From NCBI GenBank assembly GCA_964035545.1, contig OZ037771.1, positions 4,785,628 through 4,849,627 on the forward strand: DNA of 64,000 bases, given 5' to 3'. The notes below the pieces were generated by a model. The model made no database searches. It had not been told where the DNA came from and saw only the letters and a list, made by a program, of their open reading frames with translations. This DNA comes from Bugula neritina (lineage: Eukaryota; Animalia; Bryozoa). Numbering within the stretch: the first letter of the stretch is position 1; the number at the start of each line of letters is the position of its first letter. This document shows, piece by piece, positions 53,401 to 64,000 of the stretch. The translations under genes and the position numbers were made by a program.

Positions 53401-56400
53401 TGTATACTCTATAGATGTGAGTATAGATGTGAATTAGAGAGACATAGTTTATTGTTGTATACTCTATAGATGTGAGTATAGATGTGAATTAGAGAGATAT
53501 AGTTGATGCTATTATATACTCTATAGATGTGAGTATAGACTCAAGTTTAAGGGATGGAGCTGGGTATGATGTCTACGTGTGTGGAGGTTCTGTCTCTCAG
53601 AGCTGCTGGACTGGACGTGTAGAGAAACTGGAATACGGCAGCAATGGCCAGTTCATATCTACTCAGGTACGCACCCCCCCCCCCCACCTTGTTGTTGAGT
53701 TGTAATGAGTTGGTTCAAGGGTTATATGCAGCAATATCAAATGTGACAGACTTGAAATGTTGCTCTCGACTTCCACTCTGTTGTGTCATATTATTGTTCA
53801 ACTGTGGATTTGAATTACATACTCTCTGAGCCAGACTTCAGTGGAACTAGTGTACACAACCGGCTATCTTTTTATATATAACAGTTCTTAACTTATTAGA
53901 AGATTTACGGTTGACAGCATTTTGTTGAGTTGTTATTGATCAAAAATTTTTCAATAAAAATTCTTCTAGTTTCAAGTTTGAAGGCAAAGATGCTAACTTG
54001 AACAAGCACATCTAACTCGTTTTCTTTGTATTTCGTACAGCTTCTTGTTTTTAGTGGATAAACCAAGTCAATTTAAGTTGAAGAGCTAGTGGGATGAGAT
54101 TATCTACTTTCTAATTGTTAGTTTGGCAATACCTTAATTTAGTACTTCGAGATTCACCACTATTTATCCTAAGTTTCACAGATTAGGGCATACCTGGAAA
54201 AATTGTAGGTTTTGTGTCAGTACATAATGTTTATGTAGCATTAACCAGCCCACCTAAAAGCCTGTCTAAACTGTTTATGTAATGTTTCTGTTACAGAATT
54301 GGGAGTTGCCTCCAGAATGCACTCTCATTATTTGCTGCGTTGCCGTAGGATCCGAGTGCTGGTTGGCTGACAGATCAGGAAACATACACATACTGAAGTA
54401 AGAGCGGAAGTTTTCTGAGATCTTTTCAAAGTATTACAGTAAATGACAAAACTCACTGAAAGTGAATGTAATTTGAGGGAAACTAGGTTTGGTGTGTTCA
54501 AAATTTACTAGTGATTTATTTGTGATTTGCACTGTCACCCTTACAGTACAGTGTCATGAAGCTAGCACTTATTGCTTGTTATTGGTGTCTTCTTTTCAGT
54601 TTTCACATAACTGTTCAATAGATGTTTCTTTTTTTTACACATTCAGGGTTTTTTAGCAATGAAATCAGTGATTGATGTTCAGTTCACAAATCAGATTGAA
54701 GTACTACCCCACAGCTCTTGAATATTTCATTGTCGTTGCACTGAATTCTTTCTCTCTTTGTAGACCTCATCACGATGTGCGAACTCTATTTGTGAGATGT
54801 CCATTGAAGGATGGTCCAATCAAACAGCTGTTGTATGCTGAGAGAGCGGGACGTGTGTTCTGCTTGCTACAGAATGGCTGGTTGATTGAATACGACAGCA
54901 GCAGTTACGAAGAAGTCAATGCGAGACAGTGTAATGCAGACAATGCTAACTGCATGGTACTCGTAGACTACAGGTGAGGCTGGTAGTTATTGGCTGTCTG
55001 TCTGTCTGTCAGTAACATGCTTTCACTTATGCTTAGTCACTCTTGTCTCCTTCTCTCTTCCTCACTCACACTCCACTAGTCACACTTTCACTCAGTCACT
55101 CTCACACACTCAATGATTAGTCAGCATCATTTGTCTGTTGTCATGGTTACATGACAACAGACAAATGATGGTTAAATGAGTGACTGAAGTACTCACTTAT
55201 GTGTCACAGAATAGTAACACAATAACACATATGCTATATTTCTGTTCAAATTGTAAACATTTAAGATCAGTTTTAAATCCTGATGTGTAGTCTGAGTAGT
55301 ATTATACAGTACTACTGGTTTATATTATTTTAACCTATTTCGTGTTTTGTTTGCTACTGATTATACTATAACAGGTTTTCTTGGAACTTAACGTTTTATT
55401 ACAATGATTTAACTGGTTGCAGTTTATGGGTTGGAGGGCGAAATTCAATGATCTACATACTTCCTGTACGTGAGTTGACATCTTATTCAGTGAGTGAGTG
55501 GATGTCGTCTAACTTGTCCCACACTCACTCGTTCAGTCACTACCAGCCTGTTGAGCAGTTTGTGGACACAGCAGCTCTAGTTACAGACAAGGAACACCTC
55601 CACGTATGGAGTAGCGTATATCCTGGTGAGTTACTCATTAGACACATGTTCATGATTAGTCTAATCTACTACGCCATGCAAAGCAGTCAACATGACCATT
55701 GACCACACTAGATAAGGGTTATCTTCATCACCGTAGAACTAGGTACATTATGTTATGATAATTGTACCATACACCTTCCACTTGACAACAAATTTGGTTG
55801 TTTTAGCTGAAAATCTTCAGAAATAATTTCTAGTAATCACTAAAGTTTATTTTGTAAAAGTTTTTATATTCCAACACATTAGTTCTTTTTAATTAGAAGC
55901 TCGTCTTCGCACACTAAACTGTGCAAAGGCCTACATGTCAAGTAAGGCCTAACTCTTCACCATTTATGTTGATTCAGTTTGAGCAGAAGTGAGGTTGTAT
56001 AGAATGTTGTGGTTGTCCTTCAGGTTCCATAGTCTTCAAGTGGGACGTCAGAACCAAGAGTCGGGCGGACGACTACGATTTGTCGCATGTGGTCAAGCAA
56101 TACCAGTCTTGTGACTCAGTACCCACCACACCCATCAGCAGCCTGACGTATCACTGTAACAAGCTACTGGTAGCTACTACCTCTGGTTACCTCGTCGTTC
56201 TGGACGCTTTCTCTATGCGGTCTGTACTCTGTATTCCCCCGCATCCGACAGCATCATATAAGACCATTCATTCTGTACTCGCTATTCCTGGTCTGGACAA
56301 GTACTTGACTGTCGGCATCGGCTATAAAAACTTGCTAGGTGCTGACAGTGATCATGTTACCGCTGACGCTAGGAAAAATGGTAAACCGCCGGTTCACGTC

Positions 56401-56436
56401 ATTGGCTGGTATATTGACCCCAATCAAAGTCTGTAG
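24080..56436 (+). CDS. Lrrk: Leucine-rich repeat kinase (Roco family; LRRK1 / Drosophila Lrrk / lrk-1 type): ANK-LRR-ROC-COR-kinase-WD40-like tail; 47 coding exons, about 2490 aa
   Basis: Exons: 24080-24281, 25384-25421, 25996-26188, 28096-28237, 28766-28910, 29385-29667, 30031-30202, 30521-30648, 31779-31990, 32515-32648, 33259-33427, 34241-34501, 34707-34820, 35204-35366, 35873-36035, 36653-36851, 37403-37588, 37974-38116, 38276-38439, 38853-38962, 39384-39506, 39796-39911, 40555-40691, 42164-42296, 42694-42890, 43186-43376, 43776-43808, 44890-45117, 45495-45542, 46639-46803, 47177-47350, 47723-47831, 48140-48309, 48637-48692, 48964-49108, 49724-49831, 50115-50207, 50353-50604, 50839-51004, 51501-51595, 52510-52638, 52837-53056, 53527-53666, 54297-54397, 54764-54973, 55423-55625, 56024-56436 (7476 nt, phases consistent). 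Motifs: P-loop GQANIGKTT, STVGVDI, TWDFGGQEEYYATHQYFLSKRSLYL, LDPQWLCDMLAHV, YIPSGFWPRLISR, LGKGAFG, YRDLKADN, GTPGYIAPE. Confidence 0.95.
27810..28026 (+). mobile_element. tRNA-derived SINE (family A)
   Basis: Full-length match to 13186-13408. Confidence 0.85.
28221..28342 (+). repeat. 31-bp tandem repeat x4 spanning the exon 4 splice donor
   Basis: Unit accaccatattgtacag|gtagtcyyagytat at 28221, 28252, 28283, 28314. Confidence 0.95.
30183..30467 (+). repeat. 42-bp tandem repeat x6+ spanning the exon 7 splice donor
   Basis: Unit cttcactacgctgtaaaaca|gtacgttatgctgtaacttaca at 30183, 30225, 30267, 30309, 30351, 30393, plus a partial copy. Confidence 0.95.
31015..31350. mobile_element. Non-autonomous hAT (Charlie-like) MITE
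   Basis: TIRs CAGGGTGTCCAAC / GTTGGACAGCCCTG; 8-bp TSD ttttagaa / ttttagag; internal GGGCCAC subterminal repeats. Confidence 0.8.
32232..32436 (+). mobile_element. tRNA-derived SINE (family A), diverged
   Basis: Shares the head and the core aaaggccattagtgatgttaggaagagcctccagtcataattgct. Confidence 0.8.
37161..37390. repeat. ~55-bp minisatellite x4
   Basis: Unit cagcaggtagtattgagttgacacttcactgc...tctgagtgacacgta at 37161, 37216, 37271, 37327; ends about 12 nt before the exon 17 acceptor. Confidence 0.9.
39140..39325 (-). mobile_element. tRNA-derived SINE (family A), degraded
   Basis: Reverse-strand match: tttatagtcgctat...gagaacccctgatggaaa...tgctcttcgtaatatc...accacagctg. Confidence 0.7.
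39516..39752. repeat. 43-bp minisatellite x5.5 filling most of intron 21
   Basis: Unit tatactctttgtcacagatatataatacatacagtagaatagt. Confidence 0.9.
40296..40466 (-). mobile_element. tRNA-derived SINE (family A), degraded
   Basis: Reverse-strand match: ggcacaggagccattattactgaatgctctcccta...caccacggctgctc. Confidence 0.7.
41229..41580. repeat. (ACT)n trinucleotide microsatellite
   Basis: About 350 bp of actactact with gct/agt/aat/acc variants. Confidence 0.95.
42925..42996. repeat. (CA)n microsatellite
   Basis: acacacgcacacacccacacacgcacacacac... Confidence 0.85.
48436..48617. repeat. 21-bp minisatellite x8
   Basis: Unit tacacactgtgtaactacatg, ending about 20 nt before the exon 34 acceptor. 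Confidence 0.9.
49284..49450 (-). mobile_element. tRNA-derived SINE (family A), 5'-truncated
   Basis: aaaaaactcacacaagtttatagtcactatc...gatgctcttcctaacatcaccaatggcctttgtcagggttcgaacccatgac. Confidence 0.8.
51642..52028. mobile_element. Palindromic MITE with 4-bp TSD (possibly Sola-like)
   Basis: Termini GGGTCATT / AATGACCC flanked by AAGT on both sides; the two halves are imperfect reverse complements along nearly the whole length. Confidence 0.8.
53368..53539 (+). repeat. 55-57-bp tandem repeat x3 spanning the exon 43 splice acceptor
   Basis: tatactctatag|atgtgagtataga recurs, with AG ending at 53414, 53469 and 53526. Confidence 0.9.
55125..55170. other. Perfect 21-bp inverted repeat with GTTA loop (intronic hairpin)
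   Basis: catcatttgtctgttgtcatg-gtta-catgacaacagacaaatgatg. Confidence 0.95.
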
Positions 56437-58063
56437 TTGTGGTATAGAAATCCTCTCTTTGATCATTTTCAACTGTTCATTTTGTTAAAAAATTTCTAAG
56501 ATTTATATGATGTAGGACAGTAGGTAGGTAGTAGGAGAAATGTGATTTGAGTCTAATTTAGCTCGGAAGATCGGTTTATTCCGGAAGATTGGTTTATTCT
56601 GAGTTCCGGCTCAATGAAAGTTCATATCATTTGCATTGGATGTAACTTATTTAAACTGTTTTGCACTCAGCTCAGTTTAAATCATATAATCATATCGGGA
56701 GTCGGGAAGCCTGTTCAAATAATATCATTAGAATGCACTTTGTTAAATACTCATTAACAATTCTTTCAAATGTAGTCATAGTATATATGTTTTGCTGATA
56801 CTATCGGAGACATATCTTTAGAGCAAATTTTTGTTGTTGGGTGTTATTTGTACTGCGTAGAAGATACATGTCTGGCCAATATACAGATTTTCATACACAT
56901 TTTATATTTTTAGTATCTGCTACATACTAATGATTTAGTCTAGTAATAGTGATCATTACATGATAATTATTTATAATTGCAATTTTCTAAGTACATTCCT
57001 ACTATCTTTTCAGCAGCTTCTTGCCAATACTGAGTTTTGTGCATGTTTTACAATAGAAGACAATTATGTTGTGCAAATATTCTATTTATAACCTTTCACA
57101 TGAACACGCATTATTAGTAATGGTAACTTTTCATTCATAAATTTTATTTTGTTGTGTTGTTGTACCAGTTTTATATACTTGAAAGTATTTATACATAATA
57201 TATGTTAATATATAGTTTGAATATGAGTGCGTTGTGTATTTTTTTTGCCAAGTTAACTCCATTCCTAGAATTTAGGTACACAGACTGAGCAATTTTCTCT
57301 GCGTTATGCAGAAATTTGTGTACTTTTCTCCCCCAAAATTCAGGTAATGAAATTTCCCATAACATTTCCTTCAATTTAGTTCCATATATGCTTGGTTCTT
57401 TTTACATAGGTTAGATTTCATCAGCTTTTGTGATCAAGTTTTAAAACATATGTTGGAGCAGGGAATTTCTAGAAATGTTAAATATACACTCCACTTTTTT
57501 TCATATAAACTTAGTAAAGTTCACTTTTAGCTGAATGCTGTATGGCCAGCAATGTATCTCAATAAACAACTTGATTGTATGCAGTGAGTCCAACAATGCC
57601 AGAACCTTGTTTTTCTGTGCTAAATTATAATTCCTGGCATTTTGCACTTTTTATTTAATGGTCTCTAATATGCAACCTCAGCCATCTTGTTCCAGTGGCG
57701 TAGGGCTGGTCACGGGTACGCAAAAAACAAGAAGTTCTCCGCAAGAACCAGATGTCTTTCAGAAGTTTAAAGTAAGCTTCTGAACTTCTAGTAAAGTAGG
57801 CTTTTTACAATGTTAATTGTTTAAATTTTTGACTTTGCATGCTGCTCACTCTAGTCATTAAATCAGTTTTCTAAATTCTAAACTGTCAAAATCTTTTGTT
57901 GCTATAAATCATAATTCACAATATTATCTACAAAGCATCTTGCGTAATAATATATACGAGTAGTTTTAGTTCACAATATTTTGAACGTAATTTATACATT
58001 ATATATACTAGTTGATTACTTACAGTAGCAGAAGTTGAGTCTTAGTGAATTAAATGTGTTGTA

Positions 58064-59577
58064 ATGTTGAAGGTATTAGCTAATTGGATGTTTCTGGTAT
58101 CTGGAGTGTTTCTCATTTCTCTACTCACTTTCACTGGACTTTGCTTCGGTTACACAATACCAGGTGCTGACTATCAGTGGATACCAGTGCTGTCATTAGG
58201 CTCTGGCATCTTACAGGTTTGATATGTTCATCATTATAATTTCTTCAAAAAGCTTTACTCTGTTTCCTCTGTTATATTAACAGAATACTTGTAGTTATAC
58301 AAGGTTCAAAAGCTATAGATATCATAATCTGTGGCTTCTAATTTTGGAGAATGCAGTTATTTTTAATATGTGAAGCTTAAATTTACTTGTCCTTTTTTTA
58401 TAACACTTGTATCTTCCAATTTAATTTAGCATTATAATATATGTGTGTATTATGCAATTATTGTCATAAAATTGCTGTGTGCAAATAGCTTGGAGATGCT
58501 CTTTTGATTAAAAATATCATTAATGGTAAAATTTCAAAGTATTATGTAGCATCTTGTAATAGTTTTTCAATAATCGATGCTTAATGCCGATTATTTAGTA
58601 AAAGCACAATCCTGTAAAGAACACTAGTTAGATTCTTATAAAAAGCTGTAGGTTGCTGTTATTAAATTAAATTTTTTTTATCGCTTCTATCTCAGCCATC
58701 CCTAAGCCATGTCCTGTACTAAGAGATGACAACTCTCAACATCTTGTTATACAGAGCATAATCTTTTAAATGATTTGCAGATTATTTTATCATTGCTGGT
58801 TGCCAGTAAACTGCACAAACCTCAAGTGAGCCGACTGGCTAGCAACTCCATTTTACGACTTTCACCGGTGAGTTTACTTCCTGTCTGTGATTATTCTCAG
58901 CAGTTGTCCTGTCATATTCACTGTACGATTCTGTAACTTAGATTCTAAGAAAGCACTAAAGGGCAGCAGATTACAAACATCTGTTTATGTAAACCTATTT
59001 TCTCAAATAACCTGTTTTTTAAGATCGAAGAATTTACTCTTTATACAATTTATTACTTTACACATGTAATAATTATTTCGCCTGTTTTTGCTGCTATTAT
59101 TTTGCTGATATGTGCTTCTTTTACAAACGCATGTTATCACTGTCTTTGTTTTAGTTAGCTGCCTTCATTCTTTTAAATGGAATAATTCTAGTAATTTCTC
59201 TGGGACATGTGCTTTACTATGGTTTAGTGTTTTTGTGGGAAGCTAACTCCAACTCCAGTCTACTTCAGGTTTGTATTTTTCTTTCAAACTGCTATAGCAT
59301 CTTTTGGGTTGTGACTTTTACTGGCTTTGTCAACTAGCTTTTTATACTATAAATAAATATGTTTAGAATCATTATGCTATAATAAATGAGTCGAGAAAAC
59401 TATCTTTTTATAATTATTGAAAATTGGTGAAATATTAAAAACATTTAAAATTTTATAAAAGTTGCATGATTACTTTCTTTAGTTGTTTTGTATTTAATTC
59501 AAGCAACTTTATTGAAAAATATTCACACAATTTTGAGCAATATAATTATATTTGTTATATGTTATATATATTATATA

Positions 59578-59653
<76 letters not shown>

Positions 59654-59920
59654 AGGAAAAGAGCAATTTAATTATATAGATGTTGTTTTATTGCACTACT
59701 AATAGTTTCATGCTTCTTCGGCACTCCTCAGGCACAATATTGACGAATTTAAATTTTTACATTAAGAAAATCAAAATGCTAAACACAAGGTAAAACGTAA
59801 CGAAGACATAGCAGTGGCTGTATTGTTATATAGGTTTGTAGGTGTAAATTAATATATAAAAAAACCATAATGTAATGTAAAAACACAATTTATAGCAGAT
59901 GCATGAAGTTTTTGTTGGGT

Positions 59921-59955
<35 letters not shown>

Positions 59956-60188
59956 GTATATATTATATTTTGTAGATGGTGTACTCCTCCAAAGGTCATT
60001 TGTATGTCAAATCTGCTGCTGCCATTATTTTAGCCATTTCTGTATTGAATATCATCACAAGTTCTATTGCTTTGATCTTTGGAGTTGTGTACTCCACTTT
60101 CCTACCTGCTAAGACGGGCTCAGACTACAGGTTACAGAGCATTTATCAGTACCACCACATACATGCTACAGAGTCTACACCTTTGTAA
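58064..60188 (+). CDS. Uncharacterised four-transmembrane protein, 4 exons, 188 aa (MS4A/CD20-like topology)
   Basis: Exons 58064-58216, 58781-58867, 59155-59268, 59976-60188; all GT-AG, all phase 0, open frame; four hydrophobic segments; AATAAA at 60282. Confidence 0.75.
59581..59648. repeat. (AT)n microsatellite
   Basis: Pure AT run; a second shorter run lies at 59924-59952. Confidence 0.95.
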
Positions 60189-61622
60189 ACTGCATGATGA
60201 TAAAATAATATATACATATATACAATACATAACATTTTAATTAATCGCAATAATAATCATATACAGTATAGTACTGTCATAAATAAAGTAGATCTATGCT
60301 TTTCAACTGCCATATTTTTCAATTTACATTCATATTATAACAGCTATTATGTCATAGTATTGATGTGTGTTCTATTCAATCACAAACAGAGGGTATTGAT
60401 TATTAGCAACGATGACATTAACCTCAAACTAACTAATTATCATGTTGGCACAAACAAAAAATGTAATAAATAATTTTGACAACAATACATAAACACAGAA
60501 TAATCAATAAAGAGACCATTGGTCTAAGAAAGCTTTTACGCGCCAACATAATAGAAACTGTGATACTGCAAACATTAACATAGTTGCCAATGCCAATGTA
60601 GAGTCTAAAATACATGTGCAGTGTGTAACAATACTATAACACTTGTAGCTGTAATACATGTGACAATTTGTTTCTGGATATAACAGATGAGCTGTTGCTT
60701 TGGCTTTGTATAGCTTTTTCTAATAATTCCTTATAAGGTGAGTAACGGAATAAAACTTGAAGTCTAACACTAAAGACTTGTATGATTTGTACAAGACAAT
60801 TTTAAGCTAGGACTCCCAAGGGTAGATTTCCACAAAACAACAAATTGGTGCTGTTTTGTGTGAATTTTATAAAACTACATGTTGACAAATACTTGAAAAG
60901 TTTCTGTAGCAGTTATCTAATTGGTTGACAGTTTTTTATCAAACTTACTTTTCCAGTTTCCGATTCATGTTTTCATTCCAATCAACTGTGCTTCAGCTAA
61001 TAGCCAGTAGAATTTCGAAATGAAATATTTTATAAGGCCATAATTGATATACATATTTGGTCTTTCAAACTTCACTGCACTAGTAACATCTTGTGTAGCA
61101 AGCACTTTCCACATGCGATTTCACGTGCAGTATTTTACTTTATAAATTTTTAACAAATTGCTTTTATATAAAACTAAGTTTCTTTTACCTATAATTCAGC
61201 TTTTGCTATCTTCTAGGGATAATTAATAGCAGAACCTAAGAATGTCATTACTAGCTTGCACTGTTATTGGAAAATACTAATCAGCTTTTAACTTGTTATA
61301 AAGCAAAGCATATATTAAGTAGAATCCGTCATTCACACGTATTGGATATAACTAGTTACTCTTTCTATCATCAATACATTAACTTTTACTACTATGACAG
61401 TTATTAAAACTTCCATTAAAGCACAGTACTATATAATTCTATTAAACAGCAATGAATAATTCATGTACCAGTAGTTGAAGTGTAATATGTCTTGTATTAT
61501 CAATTATATAAATTGTCTCAACTAGTCCCACGTGATGTATATGGGGCTCTGGTGATATTACTTTATAGCTGAGATGATGAAACAATACACCATTTCATGA
61601 CTTGATACTAGAAACTTCCGTC

Positions 61623-63526
61623 ATGGATAATACAGTTGACGATATTATAAAGCTTATAGAAGCCAACAAAGTGGAGCAAGTTGAACAGATACTGCAGGAC
61701 ACGTCTGATAACGGCAAATCTTTATGTAATACTGTTGGCAAAAAAGGTAAGTTTTTGTTCTTCCAATAAAACACAGCTTTTCAAAGTTTGGACTTATTAA
61801 TAAAATTCTGTTTTTTGGCATGAATTCTGACTCCATCATTGGTTATAGTGAGTGTGCATATTATAGAGTTAGTTCTATCATAACTTGTAAAGCAAAATTA
61901 TCAACTTATTTCCAAAATTAGCATAAATGTTCTTTAATGGTGGCAGAATTTAGTATCACTATAATTATGCATTATTTGACCAACAAACTCTGCAAAAATG
62001 CTGGATTTCAATTGAGTTTTGAGCTTTAAACCTGATAATAACCAATGAGTCAAAATTGGTGCATTTTGCAGTCTAAACGTAGTTGAAGCTGAACTTTGTA
62101 GGTTTCACTCTTTTGGAAAGTGCAGTTTTCTGCTCACATATAGACTTAGTTTCTCTGTTGCTGACTAAAGATGTAGATGTGAATCACAGGCTAGAAACTA
62201 CAGTGAGGAAAGGTAGGCAATGTATAAATAGGTATATTTATTAGTTGTCCTCAGGTTAGATATCGCAGCTGTTAAGGAAGGGTAATGACTCTCCAGGTTG
62301 TATGAACATTCCTTCAGGTTTTTATAAGAAACCAATATTTTCCCCTCGTCTATATTGCGTGATCAGAAATAGCAACCCAGGAGCAAATCTAAAAGCTGTT
62401 AATACGTTACATATAATAATACTATATATCTTAAAAATTAATTGATGCAGCTATTAAGTAAAAATATACTATAATTATATTAACCTTCAGGGTGTTCTAA
62501 AGTGTTTTTAACATTAAGATATCTGTAGCAGAGCACACTACATATAAAGTACCTTATTCCTTATATAAAATAAAACACTTTATATACAAAGTAAAACAAG
62601 CTGTATATAAAAACCACACTATATAAAATAGCATTAATCATATATTATACATATATTATACATATTATACATAATATTATACATATACATAATGTTATAT
62701 ACATATTATACATATATTACACATATTATACATAATATTATATTATACAGCATAGCCTGCTATATTGAAGGTGTTGACTGGTACGAACAGGGTTCTACGG
62801 CTCTCCATATAGCTTGCAGCAAGAGGCACAACGACATAGTCTTAGCTCTATTGAAAGCAAAGGCAAATGTCAATACAGTAAATGAGGGAGCGGCTCATCA
62901 GACCCCCTTACATGTTGCTGCAGAGAACGGTATGCAAACCTTATAATACTTTAGTGGGTTTTAATGTAAAAATAAAACCTTCTCAGTAGCTAGCCAGGAT
63001 GGTACAAATATCTATTTTATACATATGTACAGTCACATGGTCTGTGAAATTACTTTATTAATGTTATTGATAGAGTTAATGAACAAAAGATAGCATATGT
63101 GTTACTTGTTATATGCTATCATGTATGAGGTTGCCATTTATATTAACTTACAAACTTGGCATTAGAATAATTATACTCTATAATTGCAGTCCATCTTGTA
63201 GCTAAAGCGAATCCTAAATTTTTTACTTTTTATATTTTTTCATATTATATAACTCTAATTTCTTTTAAGCATAATACTATACCAAACGATTTTTTTCAGT
63301 TCATAATATTATGTTTAGTGAATTATCCTCAAAGTGCAAGGAACTACAATACATTTTGAAGGTCATCTGGCACACGTTCAGTGTCTAGTTGAAGCTGGTG
63401 CAGACGTGCATTCTGTTGACCAGAGCGGAGATCAACCGATTCACAAAGCAACCAAGAACGGCCATAACTCTGTTGTGATTTACCTCGTTACTAATGGTTG
63501 CCAAATAAACAATGCCAATACTGAAG
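61623..63526 (+). CDS. Ankyrin-repeat protein, 5' part (continues beyond the window)
   Basis: Exons 61623-61746, 62102-62212, 62771-62929, 63362-63526, all joined in phase 1: MDNTVDDIIKLIEANK...GFTLLESAVFCSHIDLVSLLL...GSTALHIACSKRHNDIVLALLKAKANVN...QTPLHVAAENGHLAHVQCLVEAGADVH. An in-frame TGA at 61578 precedes the ATG. Confidence 0.85.
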
Positions 63527-64000
63527 GTAATGAATCAGTCCAAATATAGTATTCTGTAAATGATGGTGCATTTTTGGCCATCATATATATAAAGAACAAT
63601 TTAAGCACTGCTGTAAACAAATATTTATGCTGTATACAGCGTGCATTATACGTAGTTTTTGTCTAGAAATATAAAAAAAAGTATAATATATATAATTATG
63701 CATTCCGAAGGTTTAAGTTTCGCTTCAAAATCAGTATAGCATGCAATTATGTTTTAAGATAAAAAGGAGCATGATGCAAGCTGTATATTTTTCACCAAGA
63801 AGCAAATGCTTTGTCAGCTTTTATAGTTCTATTTTTGTATAAATTTAATATTTTTAGAAGCTTACAAATTTATTTTTAAAGTTGGACAGACGTCATTGAT
63901 GCCATCTGACTGAATAGTTTTAAAATCTTCTCCTATACTATTTCTATAAATAATGTTACAAACTTATATATCTTAGCTAGTTCTGTAGATTGCACTTTGG

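Noticed and set aside
28221-53539. Tandem arrays as CRISPR-like repeats
   Set aside because: The units are contiguous with no unique spacers, there are no cas genes, and the context is eukaryotic introns.
57693-57725. CAGTGGCGTAG as a hAT-type terminal repeat
   Set aside because: No matching opposite terminus or TSD was found.

Overview
AT-rich, intron-rich animal (invertebrate) genomic DNA; no prokaryotic features, rRNA, intact tRNA or CRISPR were found. Left to right: (1) a decayed, partly duplicated Maverick/Polinton (adintovirus-like) remnant at about 1-4852; (2) a 10-exon otopetrin-family gene on the minus strand (19165 to 8365, about 813 aa) in which several signature proton-conduction residues are substituted; (3) head-to-head with it, a 47-exon LRRK1/Lrrk-type Roco kinase (24080-56436, about 2490 aa; ANK-LRR-ROC-COR-kinase-WD40-like tail) with DFG instead of the LRRK-typical DYG, an upstream copy of its own exons 2-3, and several tandem duplications spanning splice sites; (4) a 4-exon, 188-aa four-transmembrane gene largely missed by the ORF track (58064-60188); (5) the 5' end of an ankyrin-repeat gene running off the window. 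Introns carry a tRNA-derived SINE family (at least 7 copies), two MITEs and many mini/microsatellites. Gene models were built by hand from GT-AG sites and phase continuity. Family assignments rest on recalled motifs, not database searches.
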